Assembly: GCA_012514745.1 (NCBI GenBank)
Contig: JAAYZR010000002.1
Span: forward strand, 104,962-168,961
DNA: 64,000 nucleotides
Source of the DNA: Candidatus Undivivens industriae
Lineage (GTDB): Bacteria > Omnitrophota > Gorgyraeia > Gygaellales > Profunditerraquicolaceae
Reading direction: 5' to 3'
A model generated the notes under the pieces. It ran no database searches. It had not been told where the DNA came from and worked only from the letters and a program-made list of their open reading frames with translations. Below are positions 48,252-58,772 of the stretch, one piece after another. A program made the position numbers and the translations under genes. The number at the start of each line of letters is the position of its first letter. The stretch's first letter is position 1.

Positions 48252-49430
48252 GTGTCTGTTAAAAACGGCGGAAGCCGGGGATTATCGAAAAAAGTTGAAG
48301 AAATGCAGCCTTCCGGGATCAGGGTCTTTTTCGACCTTGTGCTGGGAATGAAAGACGTTATTTCCCTCGGTGTGGGCGAACCGGATTTCGTCACGCCCTG
48401 GCAGATAAGGGAAGCCGGGATATACTCTCTGGAAAACGGTTCCACTTCCTATACCTCGAATAAAGGGCTGGTTAAACTGCGCATGGGGCTGCAGCATTAT
48501 TTGAAAAAGAGATACGGTTTGTCCTATGCGCATGAAGACCGGATACTCGTCACGGTAGGCGTGAGCCAGGGCGTGGACCTGGCTTTGCGCGCGCTGATCA
48601 ATCCCGGCGACAGGATTATCATCCCGGCGCCGGCATACGTCTGTTACGCCCCTCTTGCCGAACTGGCGGGGGGGAAGGCGGTTTGTATCGATACCTCGCG
48701 CGACGGTTTCAAGCTCACCCCCCGCGCGCTGGAATCCGCTCTGCGCGTCCCGGCCAAGGCGTTACTGTTGAATTACCCCTGTAATCCCACCGGGATTTCC
48801 TATACTGCGCGGGAGCTCAGGGAATTGAACCGGATACTGCTCAAACACGGAGTTATGTGCGTCAGCGACGAAATATACGCGGACCTCACTTACGATTTCG
48901 AACATACTTCATTCGCGTCCCTGCCGGGGGCCAAAGAGAACACGCTTTTGTTGAACGGGTTCTCCAAAAGTTACGCCATGACCGGCTGGCGCGTGGGATA
49001 CGCCTGCGGGCCTGCAAAGATTATCGCGGCAATGACAAAGATACATCAATATATGATGCTTTGCGCTCCGATCATGTCGCAGATGGCGGCCTGCGAGGCT
49101 TTGCTGACCGGACGCGACTCGATGGAGGAAATGAAGCGGGAATACCGCCGCAGGCGTTCTTTCATCGTGGACGGGTTGAACCGTATCGGCCTCGATTGCG
49201 CCCTGCCGCAGGGGGCTTTTTATGCCTTTGCTTCGGTGAAGAAGAGCGGATTGTCATCCATAGAATTCTGCCGGCGGCTGCTCAAAGAAGAGAAGGTCGC
49301 CGTCGTTCCGGGCACCGCTTTCGGGGATAACGGCGAGGGATACGTTCGTATCTCTTACGCCGCGGCGATGGACAAGATAAAAGAAGCGCTGGGCAGGATG
49401 CAGAGGTTCCTTGAAAGAAACAGGAAATGA
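48252..49430 (+). CDS. PLP-dependent aminotransferase, class I (aspartate aminotransferase-like)
   Basis: GTG start with AAGGAG RBS. SKSYAMTGWRVGY PLP-lysine motif. Confidence 0.8.
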   Translation: MSVKNGGSRGLSKKVEEMQPSGIRVFFDLVLGMKDVISLGVGEPDFVTPWQIREAGIYSLENGSTSYTSNKGLVKLRMGLQHYLKKRYGLSYAHEDRILVTVGVSQGVDLALRALINPGDRIIIPAPAYVCYAPLAELAGGKAVCIDTSRDGFKLTPRALESALRVPAKALLLNYPCNPTGISYTARELRELNRILLKHGVMCVSDEIYADLTYDFEHTSFASLPGAKENTLLLNGFSKSYAMTGWRVGYACGPAKIIAAMTKIHQYMMLCAPIMSQMAACEALLTGRDSMEEMKREYRRRRSFIVDGLNRIGLDCALPQGAFYAFASVKKSGLSSIEFCRRLLKEEKVAVVPGTAFGDNGEGYVRISYAAAMDKIKEALGRMQRFLERNRK

Positions 49431-49452
49431 AGCGGACGGGTGGAGCGCGGTT

Positions 49453-50784
49453 ATGGCGAAGATGACCGGAAAAGAAATAATGAAGCTGGTAAAGGATAAA
49501 AACATCGGTTTTATCCGGCTCTGTTTTACCGACGTCCTGGGGTTCCTCAAGGGTTTTGCCATAACGGCGGACGAACTGGAGCGCGTGCTGGAAGAAGGCA
49601 TGGGGTTTGACGGCTCCTCGGTGGAAGGGTTCGCCAGGGTGGAAGAGTCGGATATGGTCGCAAGGCCCGACCCGGACACGTTCTCCGTTACCCCCTGGAG
49701 CGCCCAGGATAGACACCTTACCGCCGGTATGTTCTGTGATATATACGAGCCCGGCGGCAGGCCGTTTGAAGGAGACCCGCGTTACATCCTCAAACGTAAC
49801 CTGGCTGCGGCGAAAGAGATGGGCTATACCTATTACGTCGGACCGGAGCTCGAGTATTTTTATTTCAGCAATTCCTCCGTCCCGCAGCCGCTCGATAACG
49901 GCGGTTATTTCGACCTTGTTCCTTTGGACGTCGCCCAGGACCTGCGCAGGGATACCATCTCGGCGCTGCAATCTATGGGCATCGCCGTCGAATACAGCCA
50001 TCATGAAGTGGCGCCCAGCCAGCACGAGATCGACCTGCGTTACGGGGATGCGTTGCGTATGGCAGATAACGTAATGACTTACCGTCTGGTGGTGAAAGAG
50101 ATCGCGCGCAAGCATGGCGTATACGCAACTTTTATGCCCAAGCCGATCTACGGGATCAACGGCTCCGGCATGCACGTCCACCAGTCGCTGTTTAAGGGCG
50201 GCAAGAACGCCTTTTTTGATCCGTCCGACAAATACCATCTTTCGCCCGCCGGCAAAGCGTATACCGCCGGGTTGCTAAAGCATTCCAGGGAGATCACTTC
50301 CATAACCAGCCAGTGGGTCAATTCATACAAAAGGTTGATTCCGGGATATGAGGCACCCGTGTATATATGCTGGGCGCAGATGAACCGCTCCGCGCTTATA
50401 CGCGTGCCTATGTATAAACCCGGGAAAGAGAAATCCACGCGCATAGAATACCGTTCGCCGGATCCGGCCTGCAATCCATACCTGGCTTTCTCGGTTATGC
50501 TCGCCTGCGGCCTTGAAGGAATGAAACGCGGATATAAATTGGCTCCGCCGGCAAACGACAATATTTACCGTATGGATGAGGAGGAAAGGAACAAACAGGG
50601 TATAAGTTCTCTTCCCGACGACCTGCTGGAGGCCATACAGGTCACCGAGAAGAGCAAAATAGTCAAGGAAGCCTTGGGGGCCACTCTCTTCGAGTTCTTC
50701 ATCCGCAACAAGAAAATGGAGTGGGATGAATATAAGGCTCAAGTCACCCGGTATGAGATAAACAAGTATCTGCCGATACTTTAA
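49453..50784 (+). CDS. glnA: glutamine synthetase type I
   Basis: GS-I length of 443 aa; catalytic-region motifs including FGQHLH-like and NPYL. Confidence 0.85.
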   Translation: MAKMTGKEIMKLVKDKNIGFIRLCFTDVLGFLKGFAITADELERVLEEGMGFDGSSVEGFARVEESDMVARPDPDTFSVTPWSAQDRHLTAGMFCDIYEPGGRPFEGDPRYILKRNLAAAKEMGYTYYVGPELEYFYFSNSSVPQPLDNGGYFDLVPLDVAQDLRRDTISALQSMGIAVEYSHHEVAPSQHEIDLRYGDALRMADNVMTYRLVVKEIARKHGVYATFMPKPIYGINGSGMHVHQSLFKGGKNAFFDPSDKYHLSPAGKAYTAGLLKHSREITSITSQWVNSYKRLIPGYEAPVYICWAQMNRSALIRVPMYKPGKEKSTRIEYRSPDPACNPYLAFSVMLACGLEGMKRGYKLAPPANDNIYRMDEEERNKQGISSLPDDLLEAIQVTEKSKIVKEALGATLFEFFIRNKKMEWDEYKAQVTRYEINKYLPIL

Positions 50785-50835
50785 CCGGCGCGGCCCGCCT
50801 ATCTCGTCCGCTACAACCAGACAACAGAAAACGAA

Positions 50836-51576
50836 ATGACAGAGAAAAAAAGAGAACGTTCGTTCGCAGGCAAGAAAGATAACTACCAGATTTATCTGAA
50901 ACAGATAAACGCTCTGGCCCGGGTGGCCAGATTGATAAGTTCAGGGATGTATCTCGATGAGTTGCTTAAACTTATAGTTCACGTCACGGCGGAGGTTATG
51001 CAGTCCAAGATATGTTCTTTGATGCTGCTGGACCCGGAGACCAAGGAACTGGTGATCAAATCTACCCAGTCGGTCTCTGAGAGATACAATAATAAGCCTA
51101 ACATCAAGCTTGGCGAGGGCATCGCCGGAATGGTGGCCAAAGACAACAAACTGCTCTGCTCCGGGGACGTCAGGAAGGACAGGAGGTATGTCAACCGTGA
51201 GATAGCCAGGAGCGAGGCAATAGTGTCTCTGGCCAGCGTGCCCCTGGCCATTAAAGGCAAAGTGATAGGGGTGCTTAATTGTTATACTTCCGAGGAGCAT
51301 GAGTTCAGCCCCGCCGAATTGGACATTCTTACTACCGTCGCCGCGCAGGCCGCCGCCGCCATCGAGAACGCCGAACTGGACCTGCGGGCGCGCAGTGCCG
51401 AAGAAGCCCTGCAGACCCGCAAGCTCATAGAGCGCGCCAAAGAGATATTATCGCAGGACGCCAATATGCCGCCTTCTGAAGCGTTCAGGTTGATCCAAAA
51501 ACAGAGTATGGACAAACGCAAGACTATGAAGGAGATAGCCGAGGCGATAATACTCGCCAAGGATATCCGTTCCTAA
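50836..51576 (+). CDS. GAF-ANTAR one-component RNA-binding antiterminator-type regulator
   Basis: N-terminal GAF domain (residues about 40-190) and a C-terminal ANTAR motif LQTRKLIERAKEILSQDANMPPSEAFRLIQKQSMDKRKTMKEIAEAII. Confidence 0.75.
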   Translation: MTEKKRERSFAGKKDNYQIYLKQINALARVARLISSGMYLDELLKLIVHVTAEVMQSKICSLMLLDPETKELVIKSTQSVSERYNNKPNIKLGEGIAGMVAKDNKLLCSGDVRKDRRYVNREIARSEAIVSLASVPLAIKGKVIGVLNCYTSEEHEFSPAELDILTTVAAQAAAAIENAELDLRARSAEEALQTRKLIERAKEILSQDANMPPSEAFRLIQKQSMDKRKTMKEIAEAIILAKDIRS

Positions 51577-51592
51577 AGAGGCGTAATTTCCC

Positions 51593-51621
51593 TTGACCGC
51601 CGGCCGGTTAAGGCATATAAT
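51593..51621 (+). promoter_or_regulatory. near-consensus sigma70 promoter TTGACC-17-TATAAT upstream of eno
   Basis: TTGACC at 51593-51598, TATAAT at 51616-51621. Confidence 0.55.
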
Positions 51622-51697
51622 AAAAATCCGCTGGTTTCAGCCCGCGGTTTTCCGAATCATCCTTCTTCAACAATTACATAAAAGGAGCATGGTTTAA

Positions 51698-52963
<1,266 letters not shown>

Positions 52964-52969
52964 AGATGT

Positions 52970-53254
52970 ATGTTGAGAAAGGCGTTTTGTCTATTCGGAA
53001 TCACGGTTTTCCTGGTCATACTTTTCCTGCCGGGGTATACCAGACTGCAGGAATTGAAGGATAAAAACCGTGATCTTGGCGTAAAGATCAAGCGTTTGAT
53101 CATCGAGAACGCCTTGCTGGAAGAAGAGCTGAAACGTATAGAAAGCGACCCTATTTACCAGGAAAGACTGGCCAGGGAGAAACTCGGGGTGGTAAGGAAA
53201 GGCGAGGTGCCCGTAAAAATAGTCCCGGATAACGGGCGGCCGAGCAATCAATAG
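52970..53254 (+). CDS. septum formation initiator family protein (FtsB/DivIC-like)
   Basis: N-terminal TM plus coiled coil; the conserved position immediately after eno. Confidence 0.6.
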   Translation: MLRKAFCLFGITVFLVILFLPGYTRLQELKDKNRDLGVKIKRLIIENALLEEELKRIESDPIYQERLAREKLGVVRKGEVPVKIVPDNGRPSNQ

Positions 53255-53263
53255 AGATAGATT

Positions 53264-53340
<77 letters not shown>

Positions 53341-53345
53341 ATAAT

Positions 53346-53386
53346 AAGACACCCGCCAGGATACAGGGCGGGTGTCTTTATTTTTG
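53346..53386 (+). terminator. intrinsic terminator (AAGACACCCGCC..GGCGGGTGTCTT plus TATTTTTGG)
   Basis: 12-bp GC-rich stem, 9-nt loop and a T-tract directly after the tRNA. Confidence 0.65.
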
Positions 53387-53427
53387 GCGACGCTAAAACC
53401 GCTCCTGAAATAAAAGTAACCGTAATT

Positions 53428-53850
53428 ATGTTAGTTATCATTAGATTAACGCTTAACGTGATTTCCCTTGTCCTGGCGGCGCAGCTCTGCCCGGGCATAA
53501 GCATTACGAACTGGCAGGCCGCCCTTGCGGCCGCGCTGGTACTCGGTCTTTTCAACCTCTTTCTTAAGCCGGCGCTGGTTTTTCTTACCCTCCCGATTAA
53601 CCTGCTCAGTTTTGGAGTGTTCATTTTCTTTATAAACGGACTGCTTTTTTACGCCGCCTCGCGAGTGGTAACCGGTTTCCATGTGGACGGTTACGGCAGC
53701 GCCCTTCTGGGGGCTTTCTTTTACAGCGCGATAAACCTGCTGCTTGGGATTCTTTTCAACAGCAGGGGCGGGAATAACGGCGGAAGCCCGCGCAAAGGGC
53801 CCGGCCGCAGGAGCGACGTGATAGATGTGGAAGCTAAAATAGAATCTTGA
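53428..53850 (+). CDS. small 4-TM membrane protein (DUF360 / holin-IV-like)
   Basis: Four hydrophobic helices and a Gly/Arg-rich tail. Confidence 0.45.
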   Translation: MLVIIRLTLNVISLVLAAQLCPGISITNWQAALAAALVLGLFNLFLKPALVFLTLPINLLSFGVFIFFINGLLFYAASRVVTGFHVDGYGSALLGAFFYSAINLLLGILFNSRGGNNGGSPRKGPGRRSDVIDVEAKIES

Positions 53851-53875
53851 CAGAGAACGGCGAGAATGCTATAAT
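53847..53875 (+). promoter_or_regulatory. perfect consensus sigma70 promoter TTGACA-17-TATAAT upstream of the Gln-dependent nadE
   Basis: TTGACA at 53847-53852, TATAAT at 53870-53875. It is followed by two leader hairpins (53884-53899 and 53904-53940) ending in a T-run. Confidence 0.55.
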
Positions 53876-54029
53876 TTAAACACATTACGAAGGCGTAATA
53901 GACAAAGGCGTTTGCTGAATCACCGCAGATGCCTTTTTTGTTTTCCCGGATAACGTGGTCCTGAAAGCCGCAACACAGCTTTCAGGATTTTTTTTACCCG
54001 CTGAGAAGCGGTTTAAGGATGGGTTCATC

Positions 54030-55622
54030 GTGGAAAAGATCGCTTTGGCACAGATCAACTGCACGGTAGGGGGTGTGCGGGACAATGCGCAGAAGATCAT
54101 CGAATTCAGCCGGCTGGCGGCCGCCGAAGGCAATAAAATGGCCGTTTTCCCGGAGTTGGCCGTCACCGGTTATCCTCCGGAAGACTTGCTGCTAAAACCC
54201 TCTTTTATCGCCGACAACCTGGAGCAATCCAGGAGAATAGTCGCTTCCGCCGGCGATATGATTGTCATTTTCGGGTTCGTTGATACCGACGGAGAAAGGT
54301 TATATAACGCCGCCGCCGCGGCCGTCCGCGGTAAACTCGCCGGCGTGTACCGTAAAGTCCTGCTGCCTAACTACGGCGTGTTCGACGAAAAACGTTATTT
54401 CGCTCCGGGTAAAGAGGCCCCGGTTTTTAGGATCGACGGTCTATCTATGGGGATCAGTGTCTGCGAGGATATTTGGCACGCGTCCGGCCCGGTATACGAA
54501 CAGGCCAGGACCGGGGCGGAGGTCCTGGTCAATATCAGCGCTTCTCCCTATCAAATCGGCAAGATCGCAGAACGCGGGGATACCCTTTGCCGCTGCGCCG
54601 CGGAGTGCGGAGTGCCGATAGTTTATGTCAATCTTGTGGGAGGGCAGGATGATCTGGTGTTCGACGGAGGGAGCATGTTCATATCGTCTGCCGGCGGGGT
54701 GCTATCGCGCGCCGCTGTCTTCAAGGAAGAGCTCTTTACCCTGGAGCGGGCTGTCTGCCGCCGGCCGGAATATTCTTTGGAGCAGGAAGAAGAGGTTTAT
54801 TCCGCTCTGACTCTCGGTTTGAAAGATTATTTTCGCAAGAACGGTTTTAAAAAGGCGGTGCTGGGCCTTAGCGGCGGGATAGATTCGGCACTCACCGCTG
54901 CACTGGCCGCCGACGCGCTCGGCAGCGAAAACGTGACCGGCGTCTTCCTACCGGCCAGGTATACTTCCAAACAGTCGCATGACGACGCCCTAAAGCTTGC
55001 CCGCGGGCTGGGCATCGGGTTCAAGCGTATATCCATCGAGCCGATTTTTCGGCTTTACCTGTTGAGCCTGGAGGAACAGTTCAGCGGACTGCCGAGGGAT
55101 TGCACGGAAGAAAATCTGCAAGCGCGTATACGAGGCGCGCTGCTTATGGCTCTGTCCAATAAATTCGGGTGGCTGGTGCTCGCCACGGGAAACAAGTCGG
55201 AGATGAGTGTGGGGTATTCCACCATCTACGGTGATCTCGCCGGAGGGTTCGCGGTTTTAAAGGACGTGCCGAAGACTCTTATTTACAGGCTGGTCGCGTA
55301 CCGCAACCGCCGTTCCCCGGTCATACCGGAAAGCGTTATATCACGTGAACCCACTGCTGAACTTAGCCCGGGGCAGAAGGACAGCGATACCCTTCCGCCT
55401 TATGATGTGCTGGACCCCATATTGAAGCTGTATATTGAAGAAGATGCTTCGGCGCAGGATATCATCGCCGCCGGCTTCCAGGAAAAAGACGTGCGCAGGG
55501 TGGTTTCGCTGGTAGACGGCAGCGAATATAAGCGTCGGCAGTCCCCTCCCGGGATAAAGATCACATCCAGGGCGTTCGGTAAGGACCGCAGGATGCCGAT
55601 CACCAACGGACAAAAACCATGA
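54030..55622 (+). CDS. nadE: glutamine-dependent NAD+ synthetase (nitrilase domain plus NAD synthetase domain)
   Basis: N-terminal CN-hydrolase domain (KIALAQIN...) and a C-terminal PP-loop GLSGGIDSA. Start set at GTG 54030 with AAGGATGGG RBS. Confidence 0.75.
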   Translation: MEKIALAQINCTVGGVRDNAQKIIEFSRLAAAEGNKMAVFPELAVTGYPPEDLLLKPSFIADNLEQSRRIVASAGDMIVIFGFVDTDGERLYNAAAAAVRGKLAGVYRKVLLPNYGVFDEKRYFAPGKEAPVFRIDGLSMGISVCEDIWHASGPVYEQARTGAEVLVNISASPYQIGKIAERGDTLCRCAAECGVPIVYVNLVGGQDDLVFDGGSMFISSAGGVLSRAAVFKEELFTLERAVCRRPEYSLEQEEEVYSALTLGLKDYFRKNGFKKAVLGLSGGIDSALTAALAADALGSENVTGVFLPARYTSKQSHDDALKLARGLGIGFKRISIEPIFRLYLLSLEEQFSGLPRDCTEENLQARIRGALLMALSNKFGWLVLATGNKSEMSVGYSTIYGDLAGGFAVLKDVPKTLIYRLVAYRNRRSPVIPESVISREPTAELSPGQKDSDTLPPYDVLDPILKLYIEEDASAQDIIAAGFQEKDVRRVVSLVDGSEYKRRQSPPGIKITSRAFGKDRRMPITNGQKP

Positions 55623-56131
55623 GTTACCCCGACCTGCTTAAGAGGCTGTCCCCGCGGCTGAAGGGAATAACGTATAAACTTAACGGGAAATTCACCTTTT
55701 TCAACGAAGAAGATCTTTTCCAGGAGGCGGCGGTCAGGCTTTGGCAGGAATTCGAGCTCGGGCGGCTTGCCGGCAAGACAGACAGTTACATACTTCAGGG
55801 ATGTTATTTTCATCTCAAGAATTACATAAGAAAAAAATACGACAAAAAGAATACACTGAGCCTGGAGGCGTTGCTGACCGAAGAGCCCGGGGCCGAGGAC
55901 AGGCTGTCGTGCCTTTCTTCGCCTGAGCCGTTCGAATCGCTGCACGCCGGAGTCGTGGAGAAGGAGATGCGTTCTGCGTGCCGCGATAAAAGAGAACACG
56001 AAATATTCCATTTGAGCCTGCGGGGTTTCACGGTTAGGGAGATCGCGGCCGAACTCGGCGTCTCGCATGTGCTGGTGGTAAGACTGCGAAAAAGGATGAG
56101 GGCAAAACTTTTATCTCTGGCCGCGGAGTGA
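55619..56131 (+). CDS. sigma-70-family (ECF-like) RNA polymerase sigma factor
   Basis: Region-2-like segment EDLFQEAAVRLWQ and a region-4 HTH LRGFTVREIAAELGVSHVLVVRL. Confidence 0.6.
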   Translation: MSYPDLLKRLSPRLKGITYKLNGKFTFFNEEDLFQEAAVRLWQEFELGRLAGKTDSYILQGCYFHLKNYIRKKYDKKNTLSLEALLTEEPGAEDRLSCLSSPEPFESLHAGVVEKEMRSACRDKREHEIFHLSLRGFTVREIAAELGVSHVLVVRLRKRMRAKLLSLAAE

Positions 56132-56270
56132 AGAGGTGTTACCAGAAACCGGATTTCTTTACTTGTAATAGTGAAGCTCTCCGGGTTCTAACCCGGTTTC
56201 ACCTTAGCTTATGCACAAGGATGTGCGTTAAATAGAAACAACGGCCTGTTATAAAGGCTTGAGCTTAAAT

Positions 56271-56328
56271 AAGACAGAGGCGTCTTGCTTCCGGGATCCA
56301 ACGATCGGAGGCAAGACGTTTTTTATTG
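56271..56328 (+). terminator. leader attenuator in front of glnB-amt-glnK: small AGAGGC-loop hairpin overlapping a 13-bp-stem intrinsic terminator plus T6
   Basis: AAGAC-AGAGGC-GTCTT at 56271-56286. The terminator is CGTCTTGCTTCCG..CGGAGGCAAGACG followed by TTTTTT, spanning 56281-56324. Confidence 0.55.
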
Positions 56329-56358
56329 TATCCGCGCGGTCTATCCGGGAGGTGCGGG

Positions 56359-56697
56359 ATGAAAAAAATAGAAGCGGTGATAAGATCGGAAAAAGTCGGA
56401 GACGTGCGCAAGGCGCTGGACAAGACGTGCTTCTCCGGATTGATGCTTACCCAGGTGGACGGGCACGGTAAGCAGAAGGGTACGATGCAGGAATGGCGCG
56501 GAGACATTTATCGTGTGGGGATACTCCCCAAGACCAAGGTGGAGGTCGTGGTGGAAGATAAGGATCTTGATACCGTTGTCCGCGTAATCATGGACGCCGC
56601 CAGGACGGGAGAAATCGGAGACGGTAAGATATTCGTTTATCCTGTCGAAGAGGTTTACCGCATCAGGACGGCGGAAAAGGGAAGCGCGGCATTGTAA
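56359..56697 (+). CDS. glnB: nitrogen regulatory protein P-II
   Basis: 112 aa (MKKIEAVIR..., T-loop region, GDGKIFV). GGGAGG RBS. Confidence 0.85.
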   Translation: MKKIEAVIRSEKVGDVRKALDKTCFSGLMLTQVDGHGKQKGTMQEWRGDIYRVGILPKTKVEVVVEDKDLDTVVRVIMDAARTGEIGDGKIFVYPVEEVYRIRTAEKGSAAL

Positions 56698-56814
56698 TCC
56701 ATTTAATCAAACCGCCCCCTCGCCCAGAAATCCCCGGGCGCTTGTCCAAGGCATTGCGACGAGAGGATTGTCCAACGGGCAGACCGGGGAGTTTCACTAT
56801 TGAAAGGAGACGAG

Positions 56815-58041
56815 ATGAATTCCGGTGATACGGCATGGGTTTTGATTTCTTCGGCTCTTGTAATGTTGATGACGCCCGGCCTGGCCTTCTTTTACGGGGG
56901 TATGGTTAGGAAGAAGAATGTCCTTAGCATCCTGATGCAGTGTTTTATAGTCCTTTGTCTTTTGAGCGTTCAATGGGTGCTTTACGGTTACAGTATTTCC
57001 TTCGCACCCGGGGACGGCTTCTGGGGCGGGTTCAAATGGGCGGGGCTTGCCGGCGTCGGGCTGGAGCCTTACGCGGATTATTCGGCCACTATCCCGCACC
57101 AGGCTTTTATGATTTTCCAGGCTATGTTTGCCATAATTACTCCCGCTTTGATACTGGGAGCGTTCGCGGAAAGGATGAAGTTTTCCGCATTTTTGGCTTT
57201 CATATTGCTCTGGGTGACTTTCGTATACGGGCCGGTCTGCCATTGGGTATGGGGAATGGGCGGCTGGTTGAGAAAACTCGGAGCCCTTGATTTTGCAGGG
57301 GGCACAGTTGTGCATATCAACGCCGGTATCGCGGCTTTAGCAACGGCTATTGCTATCGGCAGGCGTAAGAATTTGGAGAAGAACGTTCCGACCCCGCATA
57401 ATATGCCGTTTGTAGTGTTGGGTACCGCTTTATTATGGTTCGGCTGGTTCGGGTTCAACGCCGGCAGCGCCCTGGCGGCCAACGGCCTCGCGGTAAACGC
57501 GTTCGTGGTCACCAACACCGCTGCCGCTGCCGCGGGTTTGAGCTGGGCATTTATAGAATGGATTAAGAACGGTAAACCTACCGTTCTCGGCGTGGCCAGC
57601 GGAGCGGTGGCGGGACTGGTCGCTATCACCCCGGCGGCGGGTTTCGTAAGCGTGATCCCTGCCATCTTCATCGGTCTGTTGGTAAGCCTGTTCTGTTTTG
57701 TTTTTGTGAGCGAGGTCAAAAGGAAGTTCGCTTATGACGATTCTCTCGATGCTTTCGGCGTGCATTGCGTGGGTGGAGTCTGGGGGGCCCTTGCGACCGG
57801 ATTGTTCGCTTCTAAAGCGGTCAATCCTGCCGGGGCGGACGGCCTGTTTTTCGGCAATCCGCAGCAATTCCTGGTGCAGATCGCGGCAGTCGCGGTAACG
57901 CTGGTCTATTCTTTCGCGGTCAGCATGGTTATCTACAAGATAGTAGATTCCGTGATGGGAGTACGCGTGGGAGAGAAAGAAGAATCCATTGGCCTTGATC
58001 TTACCCAGCACCACGAAAGAGCGTATACAATATTGGAATAA
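56815..58041 (+). CDS. amt: ammonium transporter
   Basis: Amt signature DTAWVLISSALVMLMTPGLAFFYGG. AAAGGAGA RBS 5 nt upstream of ATG 56815. Confidence 0.85.
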   Translation: MNSGDTAWVLISSALVMLMTPGLAFFYGGMVRKKNVLSILMQCFIVLCLLSVQWVLYGYSISFAPGDGFWGGFKWAGLAGVGLEPYADYSATIPHQAFMIFQAMFAIITPALILGAFAERMKFSAFLAFILLWVTFVYGPVCHWVWGMGGWLRKLGALDFAGGTVVHINAGIAALATAIAIGRRKNLEKNVPTPHNMPFVVLGTALLWFGWFGFNAGSALAANGLAVNAFVVTNTAAAAAGLSWAFIEWIKNGKPTVLGVASGAVAGLVAITPAAGFVSVIPAIFIGLLVSLFCFVFVSEVKRKFAYDDSLDAFGVHCVGGVWGALATGLFASKAVNPAGADGLFFGNPQQFLVQIAAVAVTLVYSFAVSMVIYKIVDSVMGVRVGEKEESIGLDLTQHHERAYTILE

Positions 58042-58068
58042 TTCCTTGTAAGGATAAGGGGGATATAA

Positions 58069-58410
58069 ATGAAACTGGTAATAGCCATAATCCAGCCGGA
58101 CAAGCTGGAGGAAATCAAAGAGGAGCTTTACAGGTCGGAGATCAATCTTATTACCGTCAGCGAAGTGCTCGGCCACGGCCGCCAGAAAGGCGTAACGGAG
58201 TTCTACCGCGGGGCAAAGGAGACCGGGAATCTGTTGAGAAAGATCCGTATTGAAATAGCCGTGAACGACACTTTCCTGGAACCGGCAATAAAAGCGATAG
58301 TGGCCGGGGCCAAGACCGGCGAGACCGGAGACGGTAAGATATTCGTGCTGGATATGAAGGAGTGCGTGCGTATACGCACGGAAGAACGCGGTTCCACGGC
58401 GATAGGGTAG
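58069..58410 (+). CDS. glnK: nitrogen regulatory protein P-II (GlnK-type, amt-linked)
   Basis: 113 aa; MKLVIAIIQP..., GDGKIFV. Confidence 0.85.
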   Translation: MKLVIAIIQPDKLEEIKEELYRSEINLITVSEVLGHGRQKGVTEFYRGAKETGNLLRKIRIEIAVNDTFLEPAIKAIVAGAKTGETGDGKIFVLDMKECVRIRTEERGSTAIG

Positions 58411-58558
58411 GGATATAGAAAAAGAGGGATTGAGCGCCGCCGGGGACGGCAGGAAGAAAAGAGAGGGAGAAAGAGGCAAGTGAAGAAAAACAGGGGTCAG
58501 GAGAAAGGATTTTTTCTCCCTCCTCCCTTTTTAACGCGCGACGCCGTTTACTATATAC

Positions 58559-58587
58559 TTGACAGCGGGGGTGCTGGTATATATAAT
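58559..58587 (+). promoter_or_regulatory. perfect consensus sigma70 promoter TTGACA-17-TATAAT upstream of the glnN leader
   Basis: TTGACA at 58559-58564, TATAAT at 58582-58587. The glnN ATG lies about 275 nt downstream. Confidence 0.55.
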
Positions 58588-58715
58588 ATATAAAACAGCA
58601 GGCGATATCCGGTCCGGCGGCAGGAAGAATAATAAGAAAAAGCTGTTACCAAACCCGGGCAATCTTTACTTGTATAATTAAGGCACATCGTTGTGCCGTA
58701 AAATTAAGCGAAATA

Positions 58716-58772
58716 TGAACAGAGGCGTTCAGGATAATCGCCGCAGGCGGTTTGAATGGACGCCTCTTTTTA
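58716..58772 (+). terminator. leader attenuator in front of glnN: AGAGGC-loop hairpin overlapping a terminator (GAGGCGT..ACGCCTC plus TTTTTA)
   Basis: TGAAC-AGAGGC-GTTCA at 58716-58731. The terminator stem arms are at 58723-58729 and 58760-58766, followed by a T-run. Confidence 0.5.
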
